This document shows positions 1-15,000 of a stretch of DNA of 64,000 nt, piece after piece (position 1 is the stretch's first letter; the number at the start of each line of letters is the position of its first letter). A program made the position numbers and the translations under genes. The notes beneath the pieces were generated by a model. That model was not told where the DNA came from, searched no databases, and saw nothing but the letters and a program-made list of their open reading frames with translations. Source of the stretch: Tubulanus polymorphus (lineage: Eukaryota > Animalia > Nemertea); the NCBI RefSeq assembly GCF_964204645.1, contig NC_134025.1, positions 13,826,001 to 13,890,000 on the forward strand, written 5' to 3'.

Positions 1-3000
1 TGAAATTATCATGAGCCAGGTCCAATCTGTGGCTTGCGAGATGGCGAATGTCAGATTGGTTTAGGCTTATGCAGCATTTAAGGATGATTTAGACACGAAG
101 AAATGGTAACATCAGGATTTATCAGATTATTTGATAATAATTTGTATGCGAAACAATTTATGCAGGATTCTCTTGTTGTAAATATCTTACAGGATCCAAG
201 CATATACCACTGATGGGCCTTCGAATTGAATGGAAACTCGGTCTTAGATAACTCGAGGAATAAACTACTTATGACTAAATGAAATAATGAAATAATACTT
301 CACTTGTGAACGCCTATAGAGTTCTATGTCGAACGTATGTTACTGTCAATGGTTTTCACCGTTGAATTTGTTTCCGATTGTCAGTGAGTGGGGCATCGAG
401 GTATTTGAAGGGACGATGCATGTAAATGCTGTTATAATGCATTTTAGTTAGTGAATGGTAAATATGAGAGAGGAATCGGATGTTGTTGTTGTTGTTGAGG
501 TATTTGAAAGGACTATGCATGTAAATGTTGTTATAATGCATTTGACCGGAGGGTTAAGGGGTGGTTTAATTCTTGCTTAGTTTTTACAGGTGTACATATT
601 TTTCCAAGGTCTTATCTTTCTTTCGTCGTCGTATCTATGAAGGTCTCTATTGCGCAGCGCCGGTTATCTTGGTCATGTGACTTCATCACAGCGTACGCGT
701 AGTTTTTTTGTGGTGCATGAAAAAAAAAGACATTCATCTGATAGAAAGTGCAAATCCTTGCGAATTGAAGTTCGATGTATCGTTCGTAACTCCTCCGCTG
801 GTTCAAAAAATAAAAGCGAAAAAGAAAGAAAAACAGGCGACAGTGTCAAGGAATATTAATGCCCATTCCCTAAAAGAAATGTACTTCAACCAGTAGTTTT
901 TCGCAACTTGGTAATATGAAGGGAAACTCGGTCTGAGAACTCGACGAATTGAGGGACCTCTATGAGTTAATGAAATAATGCTTCTCTAATGAACGCGTAT
1001 AGATTACAATGTCGAACGTATGTTACCGTCTCGGTGGTTTTCTTCACAGGTGAATTTGTTTCCGACCTTCAGCGGGTGGGGTGATTTCTTAAAATTAGTT
1101 TTTCAGATGTTCGCCCAGGACAACTATCATGCGACGGGCTTGGCTGGTCGAAAGAAGAGTCTGAATGATTGTGAAATTGTTGAAACTGTAAAGTAGCAAG
1201 TGCCGCAAGATTGTTGAGATTTATAATTTTAATTTGGTTCGGTGGGGCTATTAATGTTGAGTTTTTCAGGTCGTCAGATCGAATGACTTTTGTCATTTTT
1301 CGTATACTTATGTTCTCATTCACGCGGTGCGACTGTAAATTTGGAAAAAAGAAAAATATACGTAGATTTCTACGATGAGAGACGGTAATTTCTTGTGTCG
1401 ATCAATTTTTAATTTCGGGCAATCGGGGAGAATTTCTTTCCTTTGATATTCTAGGCTGTTATACTCGAAAAAAATGGATGAATCATCCAATGCAGATTCT
1501 TTTCTGTGGCTCGGCTATTTTCGACAAAGTAACAACTAATATGGTTGGTGTGTTTTCTTTGTTAAGGCATTGGGAGGGTTTGTTATAAACATGCTTCTTC
1601 TTTTATCCTAAGTACATGTATATAGTTCATCGGATCTTGTATTTGTAATCGAGTGAAAAGATTTACTTTGATTGAGAATTAGTTCATGAATGGTAAATTT
1701 GAGAGAGGAATCGGATGTTGTTGTTGTTGAGGTATTTGAAAGGACTATGCATGTAAATATTGTTATAATGCATTTGACCGGAGGGTTAAGGGGTGGTTTA
1801 ATTCTTGCTTAGTTTTTACAGGTGTACATATTTTTCCAAGGTCTTATCTTTCTTTCGTCGTCGTATCTATGAAGGTCTCTATTGCGCAGCGCTGGTTATC
1901 TTGGTCATGTGACTTCATCACAGCGTACACGTAGTTTTTTTGTGGTGCATGAAAAAAAAAGACATTCATCTGATAGAAAGTGCAAATCCTTGCGAATTGA
2001 AGTTCGATGTATCGTTCGTAACTCCTCCGCTGGTTCAAAAAATAAAAGCGAAAAAGAAAGAAAAACAGGCGAAAGTGTCAAGGAATATTAATGCCCATTC
2101 CCTAAAAGAAATGTACTTCAACCAGTAGTTTTTCGCAACTTGGTAATATGAAGGGAAACTCGGTCTGAGAACTCGACGAATTGAGGGACCTCTATGAGTT
2201 AATGAAATAATGCTTCTCTAATGAACGCGTATAGATTACAATGTCGAACGTATGTTACCGTCTCGGTGGTTTTCTTCACAGGTGAATTTGTTTCCGACCT
2301 TCAGCGGGTGGGGTGATTTCTTAAAATTAGTTTTTCAGATGTTCGCCCAGGACAACTATCATGCGACGGGCTTGGCTGGTCGAAAGAAGAGTCTGAATGA
2401 TTGTGAAATTGTTGAAACTGTAAAGTAGCAAGTGCCGCAAGATTGTTGAGATTTATCATTTTAGTTAGGTTCGGTGGGGCTATTAATGTTGAGTTTTTCA
2501 GGTCGTCAGATCGAATGACTTTTGTCATTTTTCGTATACTTATGTTCTCATTCACGCGGTGCGACTGTAAATTTAGAAAAAGAAAAATATACGTAGATTT
2601 CTACGATGAGAGACGGTAATTTCTTGTGTCGATCAATTTTTAATTTCGGGCAATCGGGGAGAATTTCTTTCCTTTGATATTCTAGGCTGTTTTACTCGAA
2701 AAAAATGGATGAATCATCCAATGCAGATTCTTTCTGTGGCTCGGCTATTTTCGACAAAGTAACAACTAATATGGTTGGTGTGTTTTCTTTGTTAAGGCAT
2801 TGGGAGGGTTTGTTATAAACATGCTTCTTCTTTTATCCTAAGTACATGTATATAGTTCATCGGATCTTGTATTTGTAATCGAATGAAAAGATTTACTTTG
2901 ATTGAGAATTAGTTCATGAATGGTAAATTTGAGAGAGGAATCAGATGTTGTTGTTGTTGAGGTATTTGAAAGGACTATGCATGTAAATGTTGTTATAATG

Positions 3001-6000
3001 CATTTGACCGGAGGGTTGAGGGGTGGATTAATTCTTGCTTAGTTTTTACAGGTGTACATATTTTTCCAAGGTCTTATCTTTCTTTCGTCGTCGTATCTAT
3101 GAAGGTCTATTGCGCAGCGCCGGTTATCTTGGCCATGTGACTTGGTCATGTGACTTCATCACAGCGTACGCGTAGTTTTTTTGTGGTGCATGAAAAGAAA
3201 AGACATTCATCTGATAGAAAGTGCAAATCCTTGCGAATTGAAGTTCGATGTATCGTTCGTAACTCCTCCGCTGGTTCAAAAAATAAAAGCGAAAAAGAAA
3301 GAAAAGCAGGCGAAAGTGTCAAGGAATATTAATGCCCATTCCCTAAAAGAAATGTACTTCAACCAGTAGTTTTTCGCAACTTGGTAATATGAAATCGGTG
3401 ATCAGTCGATTCGGGAATGCTGGGCGGGGATTTTGGCCTTTGTTTTTCAGATGGTCTTTGGAAAGATATAGAACTAGTAGTAAGATATAGAACTTGCGTG
3501 ATTCCTTCGATAATAACGTCGTTTGTAGTCGGAAATTTGAATAACAGTAAAGACGGTGCACGTAATCATGAGCCAGGTCCCATCGGTGGCTGGCGAGATG
3601 GTGAATGTCGGATTGATTTAGGCTTATGCGGCGTTTAAGGATGATTCAGACACGGTGAAGAAATGGTAACATCAGGATTTATCGGATTGTTAGATTATAA
3701 TTTGTATGCGATACAATTTGGGTGGCGTTCTCTTTTTGTCAATATCTTACAGGATCCAAGCGTATACCCTGACGGGTCTTCGAATTGAAGGGAAACTCGG
3801 TCTGAGAACTCGACGAATTGAGGGACCTCTATGAGTTAATGAAATAATGCTTCTCTAATGAACGCGTATAGATTATAATGTCGAACGTATGTTACCGTCT
3901 CGGTGGTTTTCTTCACAGGTGAATTTGTTTCCGACCTTCAGCGGGTGGGGTGATTTCTTAAAATTAGTTTTTCAGATGTTCGCCCAGGACAACTATCATG
4001 CGACGGGCTTGGCTGGTCGAAAGAAGAGTCTGAATGATTGTGAAATTGTTGAAACTGTAAAGTAGCAAGTGCCGCAAGATTGTTGAGATTTATAATTTTA
4101 GTTAGGTTCGGTGGGGCTATTAATGTTGAGTTTTTCAGGTCGTCGGATCGAATGACTTTTGTCATTTTTCGTATACCTATGTTCTCATTCACGCGGTGCG
4201 ACTGTAAATTTGGAAAAAGAAAAATATACGTAGATTTCTACAATGAGAGACGGTAATTTCTTGTGTCGATCAATTTTTAATTTCGGGCAATCGGGGAGAA
4301 TTTCTTTCCTTTGATATTCTAGGCTGTTATACTCGAAAAAAATGGATGAATCATCCAATGCAGATTCTTTTCTGTGGCTCGGCTATTTTTCGACAAAGTA
4401 ACAACTAATATGGTTGGTGTGTTTTCTTTGTTAAGGCATTGGGAGGGTTTGTTATAAACATGCTTCTTCTTTTATCCTAAGTACATGTATATAGTTCATC
4501 GGATCTTGTATTTGTAATCGAGTGAAAAGATTTACTTTGATTGAGAATTAGTTCATGAATGGTAAATTTGAGAGAGGAATCGGATGTTGTTGTTGTTGAG
4601 GTATTTGAAAGGACAATGCATGTAAATGTTGTTATAAACCATTTGACCGGAGGGTTAGGGGTGGTTTAATTCTTGCTTAGTTTTTACAGGTGTACATATT
4701 TTTCCAAGGTCTTATCTTTCTTTCGTCGTCGTATCTATGAAGGTCTCTATTGCGCAGCGCCGGTTATCTTGGCCATGTGACTTCATCACAGCGTACGCGT
4801 AGTTTTTTTGTGGTGCATGAAAAAAAAGACATTCATCTGATAGAAAGTGCAAATCCTTGCGAATTGAAGTTCGATGTATCGTTCGTAACTCCTCCGCTGG
4901 TTCAAAAAAAGCGAAAAAGAAAGAAAAACAGGTGAAAGTGTCAAGGAATATTAATGCCCATTCCCTAAAAGAAATGTACTTCAACCAGTAGTTTTTCGCA
5001 ACTTGGTAATATGAAATCGGTGATCAGTCGATTCGGGAATGCTGGGCGGGGATTTTGGCCTTTGTTTTTCAGATGGTCTTTGGGAAGATATAGAACTAGT
5101 AGTAAGATATAAAACTCGCGCGATTCCTTCGATAATTACGTCGTTTGTAGTCGGAAAATTGAATAACAGTAAAGACGGTGCACATAATCATGAGCCAGGT
5201 CCCATCGGTGGCTGGCGAGATGGTGAATGTCGGATTGATTTAGGCTTATGCGGCGTTTAAGGATGATTCAGACACGGTGAAGAAATGGTAACATCAGGAT
5301 TTATCGGATTGTTAGATTATAATTTGTATGCGATACAATTTGGGTGGGGTTCTCTTTTTGTCAATATCTTACAGGATCCAAGCGTATACCCTGACGGGCC
5401 TTCGAATTGAAGGGAAACTCGGTCTGAGAACTCGACGAATTGAGGGACCTCTATGAGTTAATGAAATAATGCTTCTCTAATGAACGCGTATAGATTACAA
5501 TGTCGAACGTATGTTACCGTCTCGGTGGTTTTCTTCACAGGTGAATTTGTTTCCGACCTTCAGCGGGTGGGGTGATTTCTTAAAATTAGTTTTTCAGATG
5601 TTCGCCCAGGACAACTATCATGCGACGGGCTTGGCTGGTCGAAAGAAGAGTCTGAATGATTGTGAAATTGTTGAAACTGTAAAGTAGCAAGTGCCGCAAG
5701 ATTGTTGAGATTTATCATTTTAGTTAGGTTCGGTGGGGCTATTAATGTTGAGTTTTTCAGGTCGTCAGATCGAATGACTTTTGTCATTTTTCGTATACCT
5801 ATGTTCTCATTCACGCGGTGCGACTGTAAATTTGGAAAAAGAAAAATATACGTAGATTTCTACGATGAGAGACGGTAATTTCTTGTGTCGATCAATTTTT
5901 AATTTCGGGCAATCGGGGAGAATTTCTTTCCTTTGATATTCTAGGCTGTTATACTCGAAAAAAATGGATGAATCATCCAATGCAGATTCTTTTCTGTGGC

Positions 6001-9000
6001 TCGGCTATTTTCGACAAGCTAACAACTAATATGGTTGGTGTGTTTTCTTTGTTAAGGCATTGGGAGGGTTTGTTATAAACATGCTTCTTCTTTTATCCTA
6101 AGTACATGTATATAGTTCATCGGATCTTGTATTTGTAATCGAGTGAAAAGATTTACTTTGATTGAGAATTAGTTCATGAATGGTAAATTTGAGAGAGGAA
6201 TCGGATGTTGTTGTTGTTGAGGTATTTGAAAGGACTATGCATGTAAATGTTGTTATAATGCATTTGACCGGAGGGTTAAGGGGTGGTTTAATTTTAGCTT
6301 AGTTTTTACAGGTGTACATATTTTTCCAAGGTCTTATCTTTCTTTCGTCGTGGTATCTATGAAGGTCTCTATTGCGCAGCGCCGGTTATCTTGGTCATGT
6401 GACTTCATCACAGCGTACGCGTAGTTTTTTTGTGGTGCATGAAAAAAAAAGACATTCATCTGATAGAAAGTGCAAATCCTTGCGAATTGAAGTTCGATGT
6501 ATCGTTCGTAACTCCTCCGCTGGTTCAAAAAATAAAAGCGAAAAAGAAAGAAAAACAGGTGAAAGTGTCAAGGAATATTAATGCCCATTCCCTAAAAGAA
6601 ATGTACTTCAACCAGTAGTTTTTCGCAACTTGGTAATATGAAATCGGTGATCAGTCGATTCGGGAATGCTGGGCGGGGATTTTGGCCTTTGTTTTTCAGA
6701 TGGTCTTTGGGAAGATATAGAACTAGTAGTAAGATATAAAACTCGCGCAATTCCTTCGATAATTACGTCGTTTGTAGTCGGAAAATTGAATAACAGTAAA
6801 GACGGTGCACATAATCATGAGCCAGGTCCCATCGGTGGCTGGCGAGATGGTGAATGTCGGATTGATTTAGGCTTATGCGGCGTTTAAGGATGATTCAGAC
6901 ACGGTGAAGAAATGGTAACATCAGGATTTATCGGATTGTTAGATTATAATTTGTATGCGATACAATTTGGGTGGGGTTCTCTTTTTGTCAATATCTTACA
7001 GGATCCAAGCGTATACCCTGACAGGTCTTCGAATTGAAGGGAAACTCGGTCTGAGAACTCGACGAATTGAGGGACCTCTATGAGTTAATGAAATAATGCT
7101 TCTCTAATGAACGCGTATAGATTACAATGTCGAACGTATGTTACCGTCTCGGTGGTTTTCTTCACAGGTGAATTTGTTTCCGACCTTCAGCGGGTGGGGT
7201 GATTTCTTAAAATTAGTTTTTCAGATGTTCGCCCAGGACAACTATCATGCGACGGGCTTGGCTGGTCGAAAGAAGAGTCTGAATGATTGTGAAATTGTTG
7301 AAACTGTAAAGTAGCAAGTGCCGCAAGATTGTTGAGATTTATAATTTTAGTTAGGTTCGGTGGGGCTATTAATGTTGAGTTTTTCAGGTCGTCAGATCGA
7401 ATGACTTTTGTCATTTTTCGTATACCTATGTTCTCATTCACGCGGTGCGACTGTAAATTTGGAAAAAGAAAAATATACGTAGATTTCTACGATGAGAGAC
7501 GGTAATTTCTTGTGTCGATCAATTTTTAATTTCGGGCAATCGGGGAGAATTTCTTTCCTTTGATATTCTAGGCTGTTATACTCGAAAAAAATGGATGAAT
7601 CATCCAATGCAGATTCTTTTCTGTGGCTCGGCTATTTTCGACAAGCTAACAACTAATATGGTTGGTGTGTTTTCTTTGTTAAGGCATTGGGAGGGTTTGT
7701 TATAAACATGCTTCTTCTTTTATCCTAAGTACATGTATATAGTTCATCGGATCTTGTATTTGTAATCGAGTGAAAAGATTTACTTTGATTGAGAATTAGT
7801 TCATGAATGGTAAATTTGAGAGAGGAATCGGATGTTGTTGTTGTTGAGGTATTTGAAAGGACTATGCATGTAAATGTTGTTATAATGCATTTGACCGGAG
7901 GGTTAAGGGGTGGTTTAATTTTAGCTTAGTTTTTACAGGTGTACATATTTTTCCAAGGTCTTATCTTTCTTTCGTCGTGGTATCTATGAAGGTCTCTATT
8001 GCGCAGCGCCGGTTATCTTGGTCATGTGACTTCATCACAGCGTACGCGTAGTTTTTTTGTGGTGCATGAAAAAAAAAGACATTCATCTGATAGAAAGTGC
8101 AAATCCTTGCGAATTAAAGTTCGATGTATCGTTCGTAACTCCTCCGCTGGTTCAAAAAATAAAAGCGAAAAAGAAAGAAAAACAGGCGAAAGTGTCAAGG
8201 AATATAAATGCCCATTCCCTAAAAGAAATGTACTTCAACCAGTAGTTTTTCGCAACTTGGTAATATGAAATCGGTGATCAGTCGATTCGGGAATGCTGGG
8301 CGGGGATTTTGGCCTTTGTTTTTCAGATGGTCTTTGGGAAGATATAGAACTAGTAGTAAGATATAAAACTCGCGCGATTCCTTCGATAATTACGTCGTTT
8401 GTAGTCGGAAAATTGAATAACAGTAAAGACGGTGCACATAATCATGAGCCAGGTCCCATCGGTGGCTGGCGAGATGGTGAATGTCGGATTGATTTAGGCT
8501 TATGCGGCGTTTAAGGATGATTCAGACACGGTGAAGAAATGGTAACATCAGGATTTATCGGATTGTTAGATTATAATTTGTATGCGATACAATTTGGGTG
8601 GGGTTCTCTTTTTGTCAATATCTTACAGGAACCAAGCGTATACCCTGACAGGTCTTCGAATTGAAGGGAAACTCGGTCTGAGAACTCGACGAATTGAGGG
8701 ACCTCTATGAGTTAATGAAATAATGCTTCTCTAATGAACGCGTATAGATTACAATGTCGAACGTATGTTACCGTCTCGGTGGTTTTCTTCACAGGTGAAT
8801 TTGTTTCCGACCTTCAGCGGGTGGGGTGATTTCTTAAAATTAGTTTTTCAGATGTTCGCCCAGGACAACTATCATGCGACGGGCTTGGCTGGTCGAAAGA
8901 AGAGTCTGAATGATTGTGAAATTGTTGAAACTGTAAAGTAGCAAGTGCCGCAAGATTGTTGAGATTTATAATTTTAGTTAGGTTCGGTGGGGCTATTAAT

Positions 9001-12000
9001 GTTGAGTTTTTCAGGTCGTCAGATCGAATGACTTTTGTCATTTTTCGTATACCTATGTTCTCATTCACGCGGTGCGACTGTAAATTTGGAAAAAGAAAAA
9101 TATACGTAGATTTCTACGATGAGAGACGGTAATTTCTTGTGTCGATCAATTTTTAATTTCGGGCAATCGGGGAGAATTTCTTTCCTTTGATATTCTAGGC
9201 TGTTATACTCGAAAAAAATGGATGAATCATCCAATGCAGATTCTTTTCTGTGGCTCGGCTATTTTCGACAAGCTAACAACTAATATGGTTGGTGTGTTTT
9301 CTTTGTTAAGGCATTGGGAGGGTTTGTTATAAACATGCTTCTTCTTTTATCCTAAGTACATGTATATAGTTCATCGGATCTTGTATTTGTAATCGAGTGA
9401 AAAGATTTACTTTGATTGAGAATTAGTTCATGAATGGTAAATTTGAGAGAGGAATCGGATGTTGTTGTTGTTGAGGTATTTGAAAGGACTATGCATGTAA
9501 ATGTTGTTATAATGCATTTGACCGGAGGGTTAAGGGGTGGTTTAATTTTAGCTTAGTTTTTACAGGTGTACATATTTTTCCAAGGTCTTATCTTTCTTTC
9601 GTCGTGGTATCTATGAAGGTCTCTATTGCGCAGCGCCGGTTATCTTGGTCATGTGACTTCATCACAGCGTACGCGTAGTTTTTTTGTGGTGCATGAAAAA
9701 AAAAGACATTCATCTGATAGAAAGTGCAAATCCTTGCGAATTAAAGTTCGATGTATCGTTCGTAACTCCTCCGCTGGTTCAAAAAATAAAAGCGAAAAAG
9801 AAAGAAAAACAGGCGAAAGTGTCAAGGAATATTAATGCCCATTCCCTAAAAGAAATGTACTTCAACCAGTAGTTTTTCGCAACTTGGTAATATGAAATCG
9901 GTGATCAGTCGATTCGGGAATGCTGGGCGGGGATTTTGGCCTTTGTTTTTCAGATGGTCTTTGGGAAGATATAGAACTAGTAGTAAGATATAAAACTCGC
10001 GCAATTCCTTCGATAATTACGTCGTTTGTAGTCGGAAAATTGAATAACAGTAAAGACGGTGCACATAATCATGAGCCAGGTCCCATCGGTGGCTGGCGAG
10101 ATGGTGAATGTCGGATTGATTTAGGCTTATGCGGCGTTTAAGGATGATTCAGACACGGTGAAGAAATGGTAACATCAGGATTTATCGCATTGTTAGATTA
10201 TAATTTGTATGCGATACAATTTGGGTGGGGTTCTCTTTTTGTCAATATCTTACAGGATCCAAGCGTATACCCTGACAGGTCTTCGAATTGAAGGGAAACT
10301 CGGTCTGAGAACTCGACGAATTGAGGGACCTCTATGAGTTAATGAAATAATGCTTCTCTAATGAACGCGTATAGATTACAATGTCGAACGTATGTTACCG
10401 TCTCGGTGGTTTTCTTCACAGGTGAATTTGTTTCCGACCTTCAGCGGGTGGGGTGATTTCTTAAAATTAGTTTTTCAGATGTTCGCCCAGGACAACTATC
10501 ATGCGACGGGCTTGGCTGGTCGAAAGAAGAGTCTGAATGATTGTGAAATTGTTGAAACTGTAAAGTAGCAAGTGCCGCAAGATTGTTGAGATTTATAATT
10601 TTAGTTAGGTTCGGTGGGGCTATTAATGTTGAGTTTTTCAGGTCGTCAGATCGAATGACTTTTGTCATTTTTCGTATACCTATGTTCTCATTCACGCGGT
10701 GCGACTGTAAATTTGGAAAAAGAAAAATATACGTAGATTTCTACGATGAGAGACGGTAATTTCTTGTGTCGATCAATTTTTAATTTCGGGCAATCGGGGA
10801 GAATTTCTTTCCTTTGATATTCTAGGCTGTTATACTCGAAAAAAATGGATGAATCATCCAATGCAGATTCTTTTCTGTGGCTCGGCTATTTTCGACAAGC
10901 TAACAACTAATATGGTTGGTGTGTTTTCTTTGTTAAGGCATTGGGAGGGTTTGTTATAAACATGCTTCTTCTTTTATCCTAAGTACATGTATATAGTTCA
11001 TCGGATCTTGTATTTGTAATCGAGTGAAAAGATTTACTTTGATTGAGAATTAGTTCATGAATGGTAAATTTGAGAGAGGAATCGGATGTTGTTGTTGTTG
11101 AGGTATTTGAAAGGACTATGCATGTAAATGTTGTTATAATGCATTTGACCGGAGGGTTAAGGGGTGGTTTAATTTTAGCTTAGTTTTTACAGGTGTACAT
11201 ATTTTTCCAAGGTCTTATCTTTCTTTCGTCGTGGTATCTATGAAGGTCTCTATTGCGCAGCGCCGGTTATCTTGGTCATGTGACTTCATCACAGCGTACG
11301 CGTAGTTTTTTTGTGGTGCATGAAAAAAAAAGACATTCATCTGATAGAAAGTGCAAATCCTTGCGAATTAAAGTTCGATGTATCGTTCGTAACTCCTCCG
11401 CTGGTTCAAAAAATAAAAGCGAAAAAGAAAGAAAAACAGGCGAAAGTGTCAAGGAATATTAATGCCCATTCCCTAAAAGAAATGTACTTCAACCAGTAGT
11501 TTTTCGCAACTTGGTAATATGAAATCGGTGATCAGTCGATTCGGGAATGCTGGGCGGGGATTTTGGCCTTTGTTTTTCAGATGGTCTTTGGGAAGATATA
11601 GAACTAGTAGTAAGATATAAAACTCGCGCAATTCCTTCGATAATTACGTCGTTTGTAGTCGGAAAATTGAATAACAGTAAAGACGGTGCACATAATCATG
11701 AGCCAGGTCCCATCGGTGGCTGGCGAGATGGTGAATGTCGGATTGATTTAGGCTTATGCGGCGTTTAAGGATGATTCAGACACGGTGAAGAAATGGTAAC
11801 ATCAGGATTTATCGGATTGTTAGATTATAATTTGTATGCGATACAATTTGGGTGGGGTTCTCTTTTTGTCAATATCTTACAGGATCCAAGCGTATACCCT
11901 GACGGGCCTTCGAATTGAAGGGAAACTCGGTCTGAGAACTCGACGAATTGAGGGACCTCTATGAGTTAATGAAATAATGCTTCTCTAATGAACGCGTATA

Positions 12001-15000
12001 GATTACAATGTCGAACGTATGTTACCGTCTCGGTGGTTTTCTTCACAGGTGAATTTGTTTCCGACCTTCAGCGGGTGGGGTGATTTCTTAAAATTAGTTT
12101 TTCAGATGTTCGCCCAGGACAACTATCATGCGACGGGCTTGGCTGGTCGAAAGAAGAGTCTGAATGATTGTGAAATTGTTGAAACTGTAAAGTAGCAAGT
12201 GCCGCAAGATTGTTGAGATTTATAATTTTAGTTAGGTTCGGTGGGGCTATTAATGTTGAGTTTTTCAGGTCGTCAGATCGAATGACTTTTGTCATTTTTC
12301 GTATACCTATGTTCTCATTCACGCGGTGCGACTGTAAATTTGGAAAAAGAAAAATATACGTAGATTTCTACGATGAGAGACGGTAATTTCTTGTGTCGAT
12401 CAATTTTTAATTTCGGGCAATCGGGGAGAATTTCTTTCCTTTGATATTCTAGGCTGTTTTACTCGAAAAAAATGGATGAATCATCCAATGCAGATTCTTT
12501 TCTGTGGCTCGGCTATTTTCGACAAAGTAACAACTAATATGGTTGGTGTGTTTTCTTTGTTAAGGCATTGGGAGGGTTTGTTATAAACATGCTTCTTCTT
12601 TTATCCTAAGTACATGTATATAGTTCATCGGATCTTGTATTTGTAATCGAGTGAAAAGATTTACTTTGATTGAGAATTAGTTCATGAATGGTAAATTTGA
12701 GAGAGGAATCGGATGTTGTTGTTGTTGAGGTATTTGAAAGGACAATGCATGTAAATGTTGTTATAAACCATTTGACCGGAGGGTTAGGGGTGGTTTAATT
12801 CTTGCTTAGTTTTTACAGGTGTACATATTTTTCCAAGGTCTTATCTTTCTTTCGTTGTCGTATCTATGAAGGTCTCTATTGCGCAGCGCCGGTTATCTTG
12901 GCCATGTGACTTCATCACAGCGTACGCGTAGTTTTTTTGTGGTGCATGAAAAAAAAGACATTCATCTGATAGAAAGTGCAAATCCTTGCGAATTGAAGTT
13001 CGATGTATCGTTCGTAACTCCTCCGCTGGTTCAAAAAATAAAAGCGAAAAAGAAAGAAAAACAGGTGAAAGTGTCAAGGAATATTAATGCCCATTCCCTA
13101 AAAGAAATGTACTTCAACCAGTAGTTTTTCGCAACTTGGTAATATGAAATCGGTGATCAGTCGATTCGGGAATGCTGGGCGGGGATTTTGGCCTTTGTTT
13201 TTCAGATGGTCTTTGGGAAGATATAGAACTAGTAGTAAGATATAAAACTCGCGCGATTCCTTCGATAATTACGTCGTTTGTAGTCGGAAAATTGAATAAC
13301 AGTAAAGACGGTGCACATAATCATGAGCCAGGTCCCATCGGTGGCTGGCGAGATGGTGAATGTCGGATTGATTTAGGCTTATGCGGCGTTTAAGGATGAT
13401 TCAGACACGGTGAAGAAATGGTAACATCAGGATTTATCGGATTGTTAGATTATAATTTGTATGCGATACAATTTGGGTGGGGTTCTCTTTTTGTCAATAT
13501 CTTACAGGATCCAAGCGTATACCCTGACGGGCCTTCGAATTGAAGGGAAACTCGGTCTGAGAACTCGACGAATTGAGGGACCTCTATGAGTTAATGAAAT
13601 AATGCTTCTCTAATGAACGCGTATAGATTACAATGTCGAACGTATGTTACCGTCTCGGTGGTTTTCTTCACAGGTGAATTTGTTTCCGACCTTCAGCGGG
13701 TGGGGTGATTTCTTAAAATTAGTTTTTCAGATGTTCGCCCAGGACAACTATCATGCGACGGGCTTGGCTGGTCGAAAGAAGAGTCTGAATGATTGTGAAA
13801 TTGTTGAAACTGTAAAGTAGCAAGTGCCGCAAGATTGTTGAGATTTATAATTTTAGTTAGGTTCGGTGGGGCTATTAATGTTGAGTTTTTCAGGTCGTCG
13901 GATCGAATGACTTTTGTCATTTTTCGTATACCTATGTTCTCATTCACGCGGTGCGACTGTAAATTTGGAAAAAGAAAAATATACGTAGATTTCTACGATG
14001 AGAGACGGTAATTTCTTGTGTCGATCAATTTTTAATTTCGGGCAATCGGGGAGAATTTCTTTCCTTTGATATTCTAGGCTGTTTTACTCGAAAAAAATGG
14101 ATGAATCATCCAATGCAGATTCTTTTCTGTGGCTCGGCTATTTTCGACAAAGTAACAACTAATATGGTTGGTGTGTTTTCTTTGTTAAGGCATTGGGAGG
14201 GTTTGTTATAAACATGCTTCTTCTTTTATCCTAAGTACATGTATATAGTTCATCGGATCTTGTATTTGTAATCGAGTGAAAAGATTTACTTTGATTGAGA
14301 ATTAGTTCATGAATGGTAAATTTGAGAGAGGAATCGGATGTTGTTGTTGAGGTATTTGAAAGGACAATGCATGTAAATGTTGTTATAAACCATTTGACCG
14401 GAGGGTTAAGGGGTGGTTTAATTCTTGCTTAGTTTTTACAGGTGTACATATTTTTCCAAGGTCTTATCTTTCTTTCGTCGTCGTATCTATGAAGGTCTCT
14501 ATTGCGCAGCGCCGGTTATCTTGGCCATGTGACTTCATCACAGCGTACGCGTAGTTTTTTTGTGGTGCATGAAAAAAAAAGACATTCATCTGATAGAAAG
14601 TGCAAATCCTTGCGAATTGAAGTTCGATGTATCGTTCGTAACTCCTCCGCTGGTTCAAAAAATAAAAGCGAAAAAGAAAGAAAAACAGGCGAAAGTGTTA
14701 AGGAATATTAATGCCCATTCCCTAAAAGAAATGTACTTCAACCAGTAGTTTTTCGCAACTTGGTAATATGAAATCGGTGATCAGTCGATTCGGGAATGCT
14801 GGGCGGGGATTTTGGCCTTTGTTTTTCAGATGGTCTTTGGGAAGATATAGAACTAGTAGTAAGATATAAAACTCGCGCGATTCCTTCGATAATTACGTCG
14901 TTTGTAGTCGGAAAATTGAATAACAGTAAAGACGGTGCACATAATCATGAGCCAGGTCCCATCGGTGGCTGGCGAGATGGTGAATGTCGGATTGATTTAG

